Shown one piece after another: positions 48,501 to 57,923 of a DNA stretch of 64,000 nt. A model generated the notes under the pieces. That model was not told the DNA's origin, searched no databases, and worked only from the letters and a program-made list of their open reading frames with translations. Source of the DNA: Oxalobacteraceae bacterium UBA6704 (GTDB taxonomy: Bacteria; Pseudomonadota; Gammaproteobacteria; Burkholderiales; Burkholderiaceae_D); NCBI GenBank assembly GCA_002454505.1, contig DKJA01000148.1, forward strand, positions 877 through 64,876, read 5' to 3'. Within the stretch, counting starts at the first letter, position 1, and every line of letters starts with the position of its first letter. Position numbers and translations under genes: made by a program.

Positions 48501-49758
48501 CAATGCGGCGCGGGTGCCTCGTGTCGTAGACCAGTTCCACCGCGCGCCCGCAGCCGTCGTTCAGCTGGCGCAGCAGGCCGTCGTCGTAGCGCAGCGCATG
48601 CCAGTTGCCGTTGCGGTCCTCCAGCCGCTGCAGCCGCAGCGTGCCGGCAAAGCCCGGCGCGGGGATGCCGAAATCGCGGTACAGTCCATCGCCGCTCTCC
48701 ACCACGTACTGGCCCGCCTCGGTGCAGATCAGGTAATAGCCTTCCGCGCTGCTGTAGTGACTCTCGCCCGGCAGCACGGCGGGAAAGCGCATCGTGCGCC
48801 CCTGCGCGTCGCAATAGACGATGGCCGTCAGCTCATCGCCATCGTCGCGCTCCAGCGTGAGTTCCACTTCGTAGGGCACGCTCCAGCCGATGCCGAACAG
48901 GCCGGTGTCGCGGCGATCGTGACTGCTGTAGAAGCGCGTCCATTCCAGCGGTAGCGCGCCGGGCAGCGTAAAGTCGGATATCTCGCGCAGCACCTTGCCG
49001 CCGGTGACCACATTGACGGGATTGCCGATGAAGTTGCGCAGCTTGCTGCCCACCCACGTGCCCGCCATCGACGCGCCCATATTCATCAGCAGGCAGGGCA
49101 GCGCGGATTTCAGCGCCGAGACGTTCATCCGGCCGCGCCCGCACAGCGCGAGTGCCACGCCGAGTGCGGTGCCCAGTGCGGCGATCCACCACGGCCGCTC
49201 GTCTTCGATCTCGCGCACGGTCAGCGTGCCGCCGCCGATGAACACGTCGCCGGAGCCCTCGGCGATCTTGCCGCCGCAGGTGGTCTGGTCGTCCTTGCGC
49301 GATGCCGGGTGGTCGTTGATGAAGACGTTGTCCGAGCCCTGCGCCAGCATCGGCGGAGGACCGCCATGCTGGGCGCAGGTGATGATGTCCTTTTCGCCCG
49401 GCGCCGCGGCCCGCGCGGCCGCCAACGAGTTGATGTTGACGTCCGGCGAACCGCTGGCGATCTTGCCCTCGATCGAGGGCGGGATACATCGGTCGACGAG
49501 ATCGTTGATGGTGCGGTCGATGAAACCATTCAGGCCGCTGCCTTCCATCGCCACGCTGACGCAGAAGCCGATCGCCAGCACGGCACCGAGACCGAGCCCG
49601 CCGGTGCCGACCACGAAGCCGACGGCGGCGACGGCCACCGCCGTCAGCGCGGCGCCCACCAGCGCGCCGACGATCAGCGAGCCGCCCATCTTCGCCAGGT
49701 TGCCCCACATCGACGTGTGGGCGATGGGATCGGTCAGGCGGGCGGCGGCGGGGCACAT
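45574..49758 (-). CDS. T6SS Rhs effector: prePAAR-TMD-PAAR-Rhs core with a C-terminal AHH/HNH-like nuclease
   Basis: AARLTDPIAH prePAAR motif, hydrophobic TM segments, PAAR repeats, YD repeats, NLRFQGQY...DPIGLAGGEN...NPLSWVDPLGL autoproteolysis motif, tip QHIIP...N...LP...HRG...H..YN. Confidence 0.93.
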   Translation of the reverse strand: MCPAAARLTDPIAHTSMWGNLAKMGGSLIVGALVGAALTAVAVAAVGFVVGTGGLGLGAVLAIGFCVSVAMEGSGLNGFIDRTINDLVDRCIPPSIEGKIASGSPDVNINSLAAARAAAPGEKDIITCAQHGGPPPMLAQGSDNVFINDHPASRKDDQTTCGGKIAEGSGDVFIGGGTLTVREIEDERPWWIAALGTALGVALALCGRGRMNVSALKSALPCLLMNMGASMAGTWVGSKLRNFIGNPVNVVTGGKVLREISDFTLPGALPLEWTRFYSSHDRRDTGLFGIGWSVPYEVELTLERDDGDELTAIVYCDAQGRTMRFPAVLPGESHYSSAEGYYLICTEAGQYVVESGDGLYRDFGIPAPGFAGTLRLQRLEDRNGNWHALRYDDGLLRQLNDGCGRAVELVYDTRHPRRIAALRLVIGALEEPAETLVEYRYSAHGELTEVIDRTGQATRRFAYRHSLMCEHGTPGGLHCFYDWEGAGATARVVRHWTDDGEAYTLRYDLAARRTLVTDQLDRQQQWEWNADCQPTAYIDAEGHLWRYGWDDNRQLVEAVDPLGAITLFDYDALGRMTQVTNALGQIERTQWHDRFDVPAGEADAAGNRWNYEYDARGNLVLVTDPAGFTTEQSLDDRGLPHTIRDARGGYKHMAWNACAQMIAYTDCSNKTTRFGYDARGVLASVTDALGNATRYETDALGRVTGIVDAEGGVQALRYDAAGRLVAITDPGEGVTRYERNARGLPTRRIDALGHSVTFVYDTAHRLAQLVNENGEAYRFGYDRNDNLVAETGLDGTVKRIEHDARGLAVQVTDAAGDPDAVTQHLERDALGRLTLKQVRGRSTLFRYDQTGQLLQAELFSDDGKHRVVHDRLQFGYGPRGEPVTESGHLGTLQHRYDELGNRCATTLPDGRTINLLHYGSGHLHQVNIDGAIVSDIERDDLHREVVRTQGQLSTQFGYDRLGRKAWQNTAGAHEPVLRKEWQYDRAGELVRKLDSRHGETRYRYDVLGRVISAASAAQREVFGWDAAANLVDSANVGGYVKYNRVTTFEDKRYEYDVHGRIETKRIGRHTEQRFFYDGEHRLREVETVRNGVRQLASFDYDALGRRIRKHDAFGTTLFLWDQLRLLQEQRGGSVATYLYEPDSYVPLARVDSGVDAVPATSGVFHFHNDAVGLPEELRAASGDVVWTAQYATWGTAVSETWVASTPGVAKAIPQNLRFQGQYLDRDIGLHYNTFRFYDPDIGRFVTQDPIGLAGGENLQLYAVNPLSWVDPLGLSGERFPTWMATRQGYQRQHIIPYRLKDHPIFIQSGMDINGASNMMYLPVAKGIDPNPNLGLHRGWTKEHSEYNKSMWKELNKVQGRAEKNGWDYRRIQEGILELQREKRTGFKTGKITCA

Positions 49759-49770
49759 GGCGGCGTCCCG

Positions 49771-50193
49771 TCAGTGCGGCGTAAAGCTGTCCAGTAGCTG
49801 CTGCGCGTATGCGGCCTGCTCCTGTGTGAGTGGCGCGGAACAGGTCAGCGTCAGCACCAGTACCTTGCTGTCACCCAGCAGCAGCGCCGTCTGCAACTGG
49901 TGGATGCCGGCGTTGTTCTGCCTGAACGACGTATTCACTTGCACGGCCGGCAGTTTCGCCGCACCTGCTGTTACGGCGGCGAGCTCGCCCTGTTTGAACT
50001 GCTTGACCTGCGATGCCAGCGTGCGCAGCTGGCGCAGCACGAAGGCTTCCAGCGCTTCGCCTTGCGGCAGCACGTCGCGCGTGACGGCCAGCGTCAGCCC
50101 GCCCGGCCCGTGGTTCAGGATCAGCATGTTGACGCTGCGGTCCTGCGCCGTGTCGGGAACCGCAAAACTGCCTTCGTTGACGTGGTAGTCCAT
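49771..50193 (-). CDS. EagR / DUF1795 (DcrB-related) T6SS effector chaperone
   Basis: MDYHVNEGSF.VP...DRSVNML, LTLAVTRD, IHQLQ...VLVLTLT; between vgrG and a prePAAR Rhs. Confidence 0.88.
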   Translation of the reverse strand: MDYHVNEGSFAVPDTAQDRSVNMLILNHGPGGLTLAVTRDVLPQGEALEAFVLRQLRTLASQVKQFKQGELAAVTAGAAKLPAVQVNTSFRQNNAGIHQLQTALLLGDSKVLVLTLTCSAPLTQEQAAYAQQLLDSFTPH

Positions 50194-50204
50194 GTAGGTT
50201 CTCG

Positions 50205-52220
50205 CTAGGCTTTGGGCGGCGTGGGAAACTGCGCATCGACGTCGGCGATGATCGCGCCGCCGCCTTTCGGTGCCGGCACCACGGCCACACCGCCGCCGGA
50301 AGGATTGATGTCCACCGGCTTGCCGTTCACCTGCACCGGCCCGCTGGACGTGATGTTGATGCTCTTGCCGGTGATTGCCACGTTGCCGGCCTTGTCCATG
50401 TAGAACTTGGCGTCGCCGCAGGTGATCTCGAACGAGTCGCCCGCTTCCATCTTGTAGTGCTTGCCCACCAGCGTGTTCTTGTCGCCGCCCACCTGCTGCA
50501 GCGCGTCCACCTTGACGGTTTCCGTCAGCACGTGGCGGATGCGGCGCGTGGCGTCGTTGCCGATGTAGGACGTGCTGTCGTGCCCCACCGAGCGGGCGGC
50601 GTCGTGGCCCACCGAATACGTTTCGTCGTTCTCCACTTCCGCATCGAGGTTGCGCTCGGCCTGTATCCACACCTGCTCGGCGCCTTTCTTGTCCTCGAAG
50701 CGGATCGCGTTGGCATTGTCGTAGCCGCCGCCGGACGTGGAGCGCGACAGGATGCCGCTCTGCGTTTTATTGGCCGGCAGCGTCCACGCGGGCATCGTGT
50801 CCACGTTTGGAATCATGCCCGTGATGATGGGGCGATCCGGATCGCCGCCCATGAACGCGACGATCACCTCGGTGCCGATGCGGGGAATCGACGTCATGCC
50901 GAAGCCGGCGCCGGACCACGGCGTGGCCACGCGGATCCAGGCCGAGCTGCGGTCGTCGTACTTGCCTTCGCGGTCCCAGTGGTACTGCACGCGCACGCGG
51001 CCGAATTCGTCCGTGTGGATGTCGTCGCCCGACGGGCCGACGATGGTGGCCGTCTGGATGCCGTAGATCTTCGTGTCGGTGCAGTGGAAGCCGCGGCCGG
51101 GCCGCCACGGGATCTTGCGGCGCAGGCACGTCAGCCGGTTTTCGTAATGGGGTTCTTCGGCCTGCGGCTGCAGGTGTGTCTGATAGTTGTTGGTGGCGTG
51201 GTGGTTCACCTCGACAACGAGGAACTCGCTGTCGCCGCCGTCGAAATGGCCGGCCAGCCGGAACCAGCGGCCCGGCATCAGCCGGCGGCAGTTGCCGGCA
51301 CCATCGAACTGCTTGGCGCGCGCCTCGATCTCCTGCATGCGCAGCCGGGCCAGCGCATCGCCGTCGGCGCTGTCCTTGAAGCCGAAGGCGCCCGTGTATT
51401 CGTAGGACTCGATCGGTGGCACGTCGCCCTGCACGTTCACCGTCGGCACGGAGGCGACCACCGGCCGGCCGCTCTTGAAGTCGTAGCTGGCCACCGCCAC
51501 GCTGCCGTGCACCAGTTCGCGCACGGGCGACCAGTCGCCGATGCCGTCCTCCTCGATCGCGCCGCCGTGGCGCTGGTACTGCACGTCCGGATCGCCATCG
51601 ACAGGCAGTGCCGCGGTGGTGTCGTCGCTGACGACCAGCTTGTGGCCGGCCGCGTCGTGCTCGAACCAGTAGGCCAGTCCCGCCGCGGCCCAGCGCCGCG
51701 CCAGGTAATTCAGGTCCGTCTCGTCGAACTGGCAGGCATCCGTCATCGGCCTGGCGGCGCCGGCCACGCGCCAGTCCCAGTCGGCCACGCCGCCGTAGTC
51801 GGCGAAGATGCCGGCCGTCTGGTCGCGCAGCGTCGCCTCGTGGAACAGGTAGTTATCCTTGCGCAGGGCCAGGTAATCCAGCCACGGGCCCAGCCGCGCT
51901 TCGTAGTAGGCCAGGCCGCCGTCGACCTTCTTCAGGCCGAAGCGGAACACGCGGCCCGTGAAATAACGCAGTGTGCCGTCCTGGCGCACCAGCTCCACGG
52001 CCAGCATGCGGCCCTGCAGGTCCTTCAATTGAATCAGCGCGTCGTCGGACAGCAGTTCGACCGTGTACGAGAAGGGCCGCGACAGGCCTTCGAACGCATC
52101 GAGGCGGTTGACGAGCAATGCGGCTGCCGGGCCATCGTCGTTGGGGAACGACAGGCGGAGGATCCGGTTGGTCTGGAAGCTGTCCTGCAGGCTGGATAAA
52201 AGGTCGCGCATCACGGTCAT
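50205..52220 (-). CDS. vgrG: Type VI secretion spike protein VgrG
   Basis: EGLSRPFSYTVELLS, QFDETD, QTATIVGP, DEFGRVRVQYHWDR, SAWIRVA, IPRIGTEVIVAF..GDPDRPII, FEDKKGAEQ. Confidence 0.96.
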   Translation of the reverse strand: MTVMRDLLSSLQDSFQTNRILRLSFPNDDGPAAALLVNRLDAFEGLSRPFSYTVELLSDDALIQLKDLQGRMLAVELVRQDGTLRYFTGRVFRFGLKKVDGGLAYYEARLGPWLDYLALRKDNYLFHEATLRDQTAGIFADYGGVADWDWRVAGAARPMTDACQFDETDLNYLARRWAAAGLAYWFEHDAAGHKLVVSDDTTAALPVDGDPDVQYQRHGGAIEEDGIGDWSPVRELVHGSVAVASYDFKSGRPVVASVPTVNVQGDVPPIESYEYTGAFGFKDSADGDALARLRMQEIEARAKQFDGAGNCRRLMPGRWFRLAGHFDGGDSEFLVVEVNHHATNNYQTHLQPQAEEPHYENRLTCLRRKIPWRPGRGFHCTDTKIYGIQTATIVGPSGDDIHTDEFGRVRVQYHWDREGKYDDRSSAWIRVATPWSGAGFGMTSIPRIGTEVIVAFMGGDPDRPIITGMIPNVDTMPAWTLPANKTQSGILSRSTSGGGYDNANAIRFEDKKGAEQVWIQAERNLDAEVENDETYSVGHDAARSVGHDSTSYIGNDATRRIRHVLTETVKVDALQQVGGDKNTLVGKHYKMEAGDSFEITCGDAKFYMDKAGNVAITGKSINITSSGPVQVNGKPVDINPSGGGVAVVPAPKGGGAIIADVDAQFPTPPKA

Positions 52221-52300
52221 CCCAGGTCGTCTGCCCGCGAAAAATTATACCGACCTCAGCCTTTTTCGTTGTAATTTATATATGAAATGTGTGGGCCAGA

Positions 52301-53206
52301 TCAGTGTTCCGGCGTTTTGAACAGCCGGCCGCCGAACAGCACGCAGAGCAGCGCGGCGACGATCAGCGCGATGCCGGCCCATTGCCAGCCGGTGACGGAT
52401 TCGCCCAGCAGCAATACGCCGGACGTGATGCCGACGACGGGCACGCCCAGGCCGAACGGCGCCACCTTGTTGGCCGGGTGGCGCTTCAATAAACTGGTCC
52501 ACAGGCCATAGCCGACCAGCGTGGCCATCCAGCCCAGGTAGGCCAGTGCGATCCACGTGGTCCACGGCGCATCCAGCCATGTCCAGCGCACTGCGGGCGG
52601 GTCGAAGGCCAGCGACAGCGCCACGAAGGGCAGGATCGGCGTCAGGCAGCTCCACACGAGGAAGGCCAGCGGATCGAAGCCGGGGCTGGCCTGCTGCGCA
52701 AAGCGGACGACGATGTTCGATGCGCCCCACATGGTGGCGCCGGCAAGGCACAGCAGGAAGCCTGCCACGGTAGTCTCGGCATGGCTGGCGGCCGACGGCC
52801 CCGCGTAATTCATGCCGAAGCACGCAAGGCCCAGCGCCGCGATGCCCAGGCCGGCCAGCAGCTGCCGGCTGGGCCGCTCGCCCAGCAGCGCGTAGCCGTA
52901 GATCGCGGTGAAGAACATCTGCGTCTGCAGCAGCACCGAGGCCAGCGCGGCGGACATGCCCACCTTCAGCGACAGGAACACGAAGCCGAACTGCCCGACG
53001 CCCTGCGTCAGCCCGTACAGCACCATCCACTTCGCCGCGACGGGGGGCGGGCGCAGGAAAAACACCAGCGGCAGCACGGCAAACAGGTAGCGGCCGGTGC
53101 CCAGCTGGAACGGCGTGAACCAGCGCAGGCCGACCTTCATCGCGACGAAGTTCGTGCCCCAGATGACCACGACGATCAGCGCAGCGAGAAGGTCGCGCGG
53201 TTTCAT
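52301..53206 (-). CDS. EamA/DMT-family exporter (O-acetylserine/cysteine exporter-like)
   Basis: VVVIWGTNFVAMKVGL, GVGQFGFVF, ASVLLQTQMFFT, VAPFGLGVPVVG. Confidence 0.9.
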   Translation of the reverse strand: MKPRDLLAALIVVVIWGTNFVAMKVGLRWFTPFQLGTGRYLFAVLPLVFFLRPPPVAAKWMVLYGLTQGVGQFGFVFLSLKVGMSAALASVLLQTQMFFTAIYGYALLGERPSRQLLAGLGIAALGLACFGMNYAGPSAASHAETTVAGFLLCLAGATMWGASNIVVRFAQQASPGFDPLAFLVWSCLTPILPFVALSLAFDPPAVRWTWLDAPWTTWIALAYLGWMATLVGYGLWTSLLKRHPANKVAPFGLGVPVVGITSGVLLLGESVTGWQWAGIALIVAALLCVLFGGRLFKTPEH

Positions 53207-53216
53207 TTGAATGAGC

Positions 53217-55400
53217 TCATTGCTGCACCACGTTCCGCTCGATCGCTTCGCTGTGCACGATGATTTTTGCCGCATCGGCCTGCAGCAGCCGGATGCGCCG
53301 CTGCACCACTGGCCAGCCGGGCCAGTCCACCGAACCGGTGGCATCGACGGCCGGCACGGAGGCCAGTTCCGCCTCCAGCGTCGGCACCGGCGCGTCCACG
53401 CCGTGCTTCGCCAGCGCGGCGGACAATGTGCGGCACACCTGCACGTGGCTGGCGGCCAGCATCGCATTCACTTCCTGGGCCGGCACGTCCTTCACGTGGC
53501 GGCGCAGGATCGCCCGCAGCGCCGCCACGTGGGCCACCAACAGGTAGTTCTGCACGACGAACAGGTTGATGTCTTCCACGGCGCGGCGCTTGCTGGCCGG
53601 TTCGTCCAGCATCCGCACCAGCGCGGCCGACAGGCTGGCCAGGCTGTCCATCAGGCCCTTCCTCTGGATGCGGTAGGGGAAGTCGTTGCGGCATTTCCCC
53701 TGCAGCAGCTCGAAGCTCGCTTCCATATAGCGCTGGTTGGCCGCCAGCACCTGCCGGATCAGCGTGGGCAGCGTGCGGTATTCCCAGCTTGGCAGCACGA
53801 AGCTGAACACGGTGGCCACGAAGGCGCCGATGAAGGTGTCGATCAGGCGTTCCGAGATCGCGTTCACGCTGCCGCCGGCCGCGAGATTCATCTGCAGCAG
53901 GATCATGATCGACACGGCGATCGCCGTGTAGCGGTAGCGCAGGTAGACGAAGGTGGGCGTGGCGATCGTCGCCAGCACCAGCACCGCCAGCAAAAACGCC
54001 GTGTGGTTGAAGAAGGTCAGCACGATGGCCGCCACCACGCAGCCGATGACGGTGCCGACGATGCGGTCGCTGCGGCGCTGCTTGGTCATCGAGAAGCTGG
54101 GCCGCAGGATGATCACGATGGTCAGGATGATCCAGTAGCTGTGCGCCGAATAGGGCAGCAGCGTGCCGATCGCGAGGCCCGCAGCAATCGCCATCGCCAC
54201 GCGCAGCGCGAAGCGGAAGATCGGCGAATCCATGCGGAAGTGCGACAGCATCACCTGCAGCTCGTACTTCTGCTGCGACAGGAAGGGCTGCATGTCGGCG
54301 TCAATCCAGAACGGCGTGCTGTCGTAGGCCTTCTGGCTGGCCACGTGCAGCTCGCCCACCATGCCGATGATGGCGCGCACCTTGTTGCGCTGGGCGCGCA
54401 GCACGGCCAGCGCTTCCTGGGCGGGCTTGCCTTCGTCGACGCGGCGCTGCAGTGCCGCCAGCTCCGCCTCGATCGCATCGAGCTCCGGCTCGTAGCTGAT
54501 CTCCGGGAACGAGGCGCGCTTGCGCGTGACGTCGTAGGCCACCGACTCGATGTCGCGCGCGCACTTGAACGCCAGGTCGCGCAGCGAATTGAGGGCCGGC
54601 GAATCGGCCAGGTGCACGCGCAGCTGCGCGTAATCCGTGTGCGTGGACAGGATCAGCTCATACAGGTCCAGCATGCACACGTGCACCTGCACGACGATGG
54701 CGTCCTTGCGGTTCTGGTGGGCGCGCAGGATCAGGTCGCGCGACGCCTGCTGCTTGTCCGCCAGCTGCGCCTGGTGGCGCACCAGCTTGTTGAACTGCTC
54801 GGTGAGGTTGTAGCGGGTGTCGTAGAAATCGGCCTTGATGTCGATGTAGGCGGCCAGTTCGAACAGCGCTTCGGCCAGCACCTGCTGCTTGATGCGGTGG
54901 CGCAGCAGCCACGACACGCCCATTGCATACGCCAGATAGGCCAGGCCGCCCAGCGTGAACAGGCCGGCGTGTTCCAGCGCCTGCAGCGGCGTCAGGTGGT
55001 GCTCCATCGACATCGTCATGATGAACAGCGTGGCCAGCTGCAGCGGCATCGACTTCTTGCCGTAGACGACCATCATGCTGGCGAAGAAGGACAGCACGAC
55101 GAGCACGGCGATCAGCAGCCAGAAATACGGCGCGCACAGGCTGACCAGCAGCGTCACGAGGCTGCACAGCAGCACCGACGCCATCATCTCGTTGAACTTG
55201 TGGCGCAACGGGCTGGGCATGTCCATCAGCGCCGTGCACAGCGCGCCGATGCCGACCGACAGCGCGGTGGGCATGTCGGCCACCGCCAGCGTCAGCCAGA
55301 TGATGCCGATCAGGCCCGCGCCGAAGCGCAGGCCCAGATGGAAGTAATGACTGTAGAAGAAGGTGCGCGCGCTCAGTGCATAGTGCATCGGCTGCGCCAT
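53217..55400 (-). CDS. FUSC-family (YccS/YhfK-like) membrane efflux protein
   Basis: DMPSPLRHK, SPIFRFALRV, HSYWIILTIVIILRPSFSMTKQRRSDRIVGT, ERLIDT. Confidence 0.9.
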   Translation of the reverse strand: MAQPMHYALSARTFFYSHYFHLGLRFGAGLIGIIWLTLAVADMPTALSVGIGALCTALMDMPSPLRHKFNEMMASVLLCSLVTLLVSLCAPYFWLLIAVLVVLSFFASMMVVYGKKSMPLQLATLFIMTMSMEHHLTPLQALEHAGLFTLGGLAYLAYAMGVSWLLRHRIKQQVLAEALFELAAYIDIKADFYDTRYNLTEQFNKLVRHQAQLADKQQASRDLILRAHQNRKDAIVVQVHVCMLDLYELILSTHTDYAQLRVHLADSPALNSLRDLAFKCARDIESVAYDVTRKRASFPEISYEPELDAIEAELAALQRRVDEGKPAQEALAVLRAQRNKVRAIIGMVGELHVASQKAYDSTPFWIDADMQPFLSQQKYELQVMLSHFRMDSPIFRFALRVAMAIAAGLAIGTLLPYSAHSYWIILTIVIILRPSFSMTKQRRSDRIVGTVIGCVVAAIVLTFFNHTAFLLAVLVLATIATPTFVYLRYRYTAIAVSIMILLQMNLAAGGSVNAISERLIDTFIGAFVATVFSFVLPSWEYRTLPTLIRQVLAANQRYMEASFELLQGKCRNDFPYRIQRKGLMDSLASLSAALVRMLDEPASKRRAVEDINLFVVQNYLLVAHVAALRAILRRHVKDVPAQEVNAMLAASHVQVCRTLSAALAKHGVDAPVPTLEAELASVPAVDATGSVDWPGWPVVQRRIRLLQADAAKIIVHSEAIERNVVQQ

Positions 55401-55401
55401 G

Positions 55402-57090
55402 TTACAGCAGCCCCAGGACCGGATAACGGCGCCATTCGGGCTCCGCGTGACGGGCGCAGTTGTGCAGGATGAAGTGCAGCACCGCATCCTGGTCGCCCAG
55501 CTTTTCCGGATTGGCCGCCTTCCATGCGTCGAACTTGGCTTTCAGTTCCGGCTCGGTGGCCAGCAGCTCCACGGCCAGGTCTTCGAACACATAGTCGGAG
55601 ATCGCTTCCTTCTTCTCCAGCACGGAATTGAAGAAGCCCCAGCGGAAGAAGCTGTCGTGGCCCTGCGGCTCCAGCGTTTCGACGGCGTAGCGGGCATTGT
55701 CCTGGTCCAGCGACACGATCCAGTCGCCCGGGTTCAGCGTGAACGTGCCGGTACGCGCTTCGACATCCACCGTGTCGTGGAACATGTGGCCTTCGTAGGC
55801 GGTCGCACGGGTCGACAATTCGCCGATGTGGTAATAGCGTGCCTGCACCTGCTGCGGTTCCGCCACGCGCGTCATCTCGACGCCGTTCCACTGCAGCCGC
55901 TCGACGACTTCGCGCCACGCCTGCGGAATCACGTAGGCCTTCGGCACCTGCACCACGGCGTCCGGCAGGAAGCTGTTGAAGTAGGGGATGTCCTTCTCGT
56001 ACGGCTTGCTGCGGTCGTAGGACAGGCGCGTGTAGTTACCCAGCACGCTTGGGTGGCGGCGCGCTTCGTAACCCTTGAAGCGGAAGGTGGACGGATGCGC
56101 TTCGTCCATCCGCCACGTGACGGCCCATTCCTTCTGCTTGCGCTGGGCGGCTTTCGCTTCGCGGCGCAGGCGCTGGATCTCGTCCGCGTGCTGCACGGTG
56201 AACTCGCGCGTCACGTCGATCAGCGTACGCATCGAGTCGTAGCGGTCTTTAAAAGGCTTCAGCATGTGCGTCTCCGGCATGAAGCCGATGATGTTGTGCA
56301 GCGCCGTGAAGCCCGTCGAGAAGCGGGGTACTTCGAGGAATTCGGCGATGCCATCGTCCGGCGTGTCCTGCACCGGATTGACGTACGGGCAGGTGGGCCA
56401 GCCGCGCTGTTCCATGTCGCTGAAGATCTGCGGCAGCATGGTCCCGCGCAGGAAGGGGCCGAGGCCGGAGCCCAGCTTGTCGGCCTGCGTGTGAATGAGC
56501 GTCATCGCGTACGTGTAGTCCGCGCCGTTGGACGTGTGCGTATCGACCATCACGTCCGGATCCCAGGCGGTGATCAGCTCATTGAAGAAGCGGGCGTTCA
56601 AGGTATCGCACTTGACGAAGTCGCGGTTCAGGTCCAGGTGGCGGCTGTTGCCGCGGAAGCCGAACAGCTCCGGGCCGTCCTGGTTCGGCCGCGACGTGCT
56701 GGCGCGGTTCAGCGCCCCATCGACGTTGTAGACGGGGACGAACAGCACCACCGTGTTACCGAGGCTGGCCAGCTTTTGCGGGTCGAAACAGAAGTCGCGG
56801 ACGATGGCCATGCAGGCGTCGATGCCTTCCGGCTCGCCCGGGTGGATGCCGTTATTGTTGAAGAAGACGGGCCGGCCGGCGCGCTTGATCTCCTCGCGGT
56901 CGAACACGCCGTCCGCGCTCACCACGCCCACGTGCAGCGGAATGCCGCCGTCCGACACGCCGGCCTGCCCGAAACGCAGCACCTGTGGGAACCGTCGCGC
57001 CAGTTCTTCATAGAAGGCGATGCAGTCGGTCCACAGCGTGGTCTGGTTCTGGTTGCCTTGTTCGTAAGGCGTGGGCATTTCTGGGTGCAT
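55402..57090 (-). CDS. M14-family zinc metallopeptidase
   Basis: NNGIHPGEPEG (HxxE), DLNRD, VDTHTSNG. Confidence 0.85.
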   Translation of the reverse strand: MHPEMPTPYEQGNQNQTTLWTDCIAFYEELARRFPQVLRFGQAGVSDGGIPLHVGVVSADGVFDREEIKRAGRPVFFNNNGIHPGEPEGIDACMAIVRDFCFDPQKLASLGNTVVLFVPVYNVDGALNRASTSRPNQDGPELFGFRGNSRHLDLNRDFVKCDTLNARFFNELITAWDPDVMVDTHTSNGADYTYAMTLIHTQADKLGSGLGPFLRGTMLPQIFSDMEQRGWPTCPYVNPVQDTPDDGIAEFLEVPRFSTGFTALHNIIGFMPETHMLKPFKDRYDSMRTLIDVTREFTVQHADEIQRLRREAKAAQRKQKEWAVTWRMDEAHPSTFRFKGYEARRHPSVLGNYTRLSYDRSKPYEKDIPYFNSFLPDAVVQVPKAYVIPQAWREVVERLQWNGVEMTRVAEPQQVQARYYHIGELSTRATAYEGHMFHDTVDVEARTGTFTLNPGDWIVSLDQDNARYAVETLEPQGHDSFFRWGFFNSVLEKKEAISDYVFEDLAVELLATEPELKAKFDAWKAANPEKLGDQDAVLHFILHNCARHAEPEWRRYPVLGLL

Positions 57091-57242
57091 GGTCTGGATC
57101 TCAGGAGCGATGGTGGAGCGGCGCAGCCGGGTAGGCGGCCGCAATGGGGATCGATGCGGAATTGTAGCATCGCGGTTTGCGCCCATTCATGGCCGCGCGG
57201 GCCCGGCCGTGCTATCAGTGGGGCGTCCGTTCCGGAGGCCCG

Positions 57243-57917
57243 ATGAAACCGCTGATCGCCATCGTCTTCATGCTGTTCGTGCATGCCGCCCACTGCGCCG
57301 ATACGCCCCGTTACCGCATCACGATTCCATCCGGCGCGGCAAGGCAGGCGCCGGCCGGCGGCGCGGTGCAGTTCATCGGCACGGCCACGGCGCTGGTGCG
57401 CGTGCGGGGGCTGACGGTGCTGGTCGATCCGGGCGCGGACTCCGAGCTGCCGGCGGCCGATGTGGTGGTGCTGACGCAGCCGGCGTGGGAACGGCGGGAT
57501 GTGCCGGCATGGAGCCTGGGCCCCGTCGTGACGACGATCGGGCCGGCGCGTGAATTGCGGGCGCTGGGTTTTCGCAGCGTGTATCCGCTCGATACGTGGG
57601 AAGACGTCACGGTGCGCAAGGGCGATACGCGGCTGCGCCTGACGTCCCTGCCGGACCCGCGCGGCATGCGCCCCGACGCGATGGCCATGATGCTGGACTT
57701 CGGGCCGGCGTGCCGCGTGTACGTGCATGGCGCAGCCCTGTCGCAGGACGACATCGGCATGATCCCGCAGCGCTTTCCCGGCGCGCGCCTGGCGCTGCTG
57801 CGCGAGGCGGGCACGCCGCTGCTGCTGAAGGTGGCGCAGAACGGCCGCGAAGCGAGCATCGAGCGCCCGGTGCTGCGCGGCGAGCCGTACCGGTTCGGCA
57901 CGGCCAACTGCCGCTGA
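57243..57917 (+). CDS. Exported protein with a degenerate metallo-beta-lactamase-like fold
   Basis: GGAGG RBS and signal peptide; VQFIGTATALVR..GLTVLVDP, LPAADVVVLT and PVVTT resemble UlaG/NAPE-PLD-type MBL proteins, but there is no HxHxDH. Confidence 0.65.
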   Translation: MKPLIAIVFMLFVHAAHCADTPRYRITIPSGAARQAPAGGAVQFIGTATALVRVRGLTVLVDPGADSELPAADVVVLTQPAWERRDVPAWSLGPVVTTIGPARELRALGFRSVYPLDTWEDVTVRKGDTRLRLTSLPDPRGMRPDAMAMMLDFGPACRVYVHGAALSQDDIGMIPQRFPGARLALLREAGTPLLLKVAQNGREASIERPVLRGEPYRFGTANCR

Positions 57918-57923
57918 AGCCTG

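Noticed and set aside
46400..48600. Periodic TCGTAG/CGTAGC-type sequence suggesting a repeat array
   Set aside because: These are coding YD repeats of the Rhs core, not a CRISPR or non-coding array.
46429..48954. 841-aa plus-strand ORF inside rhs, and similar long antisense ORFs at 4244-6163, 24663-27383, 42225-44399, 53211-55472 and 58760-60886
   Set aside because: All are opposite-strand shadows of well-supported genes, with no recognisable domains.
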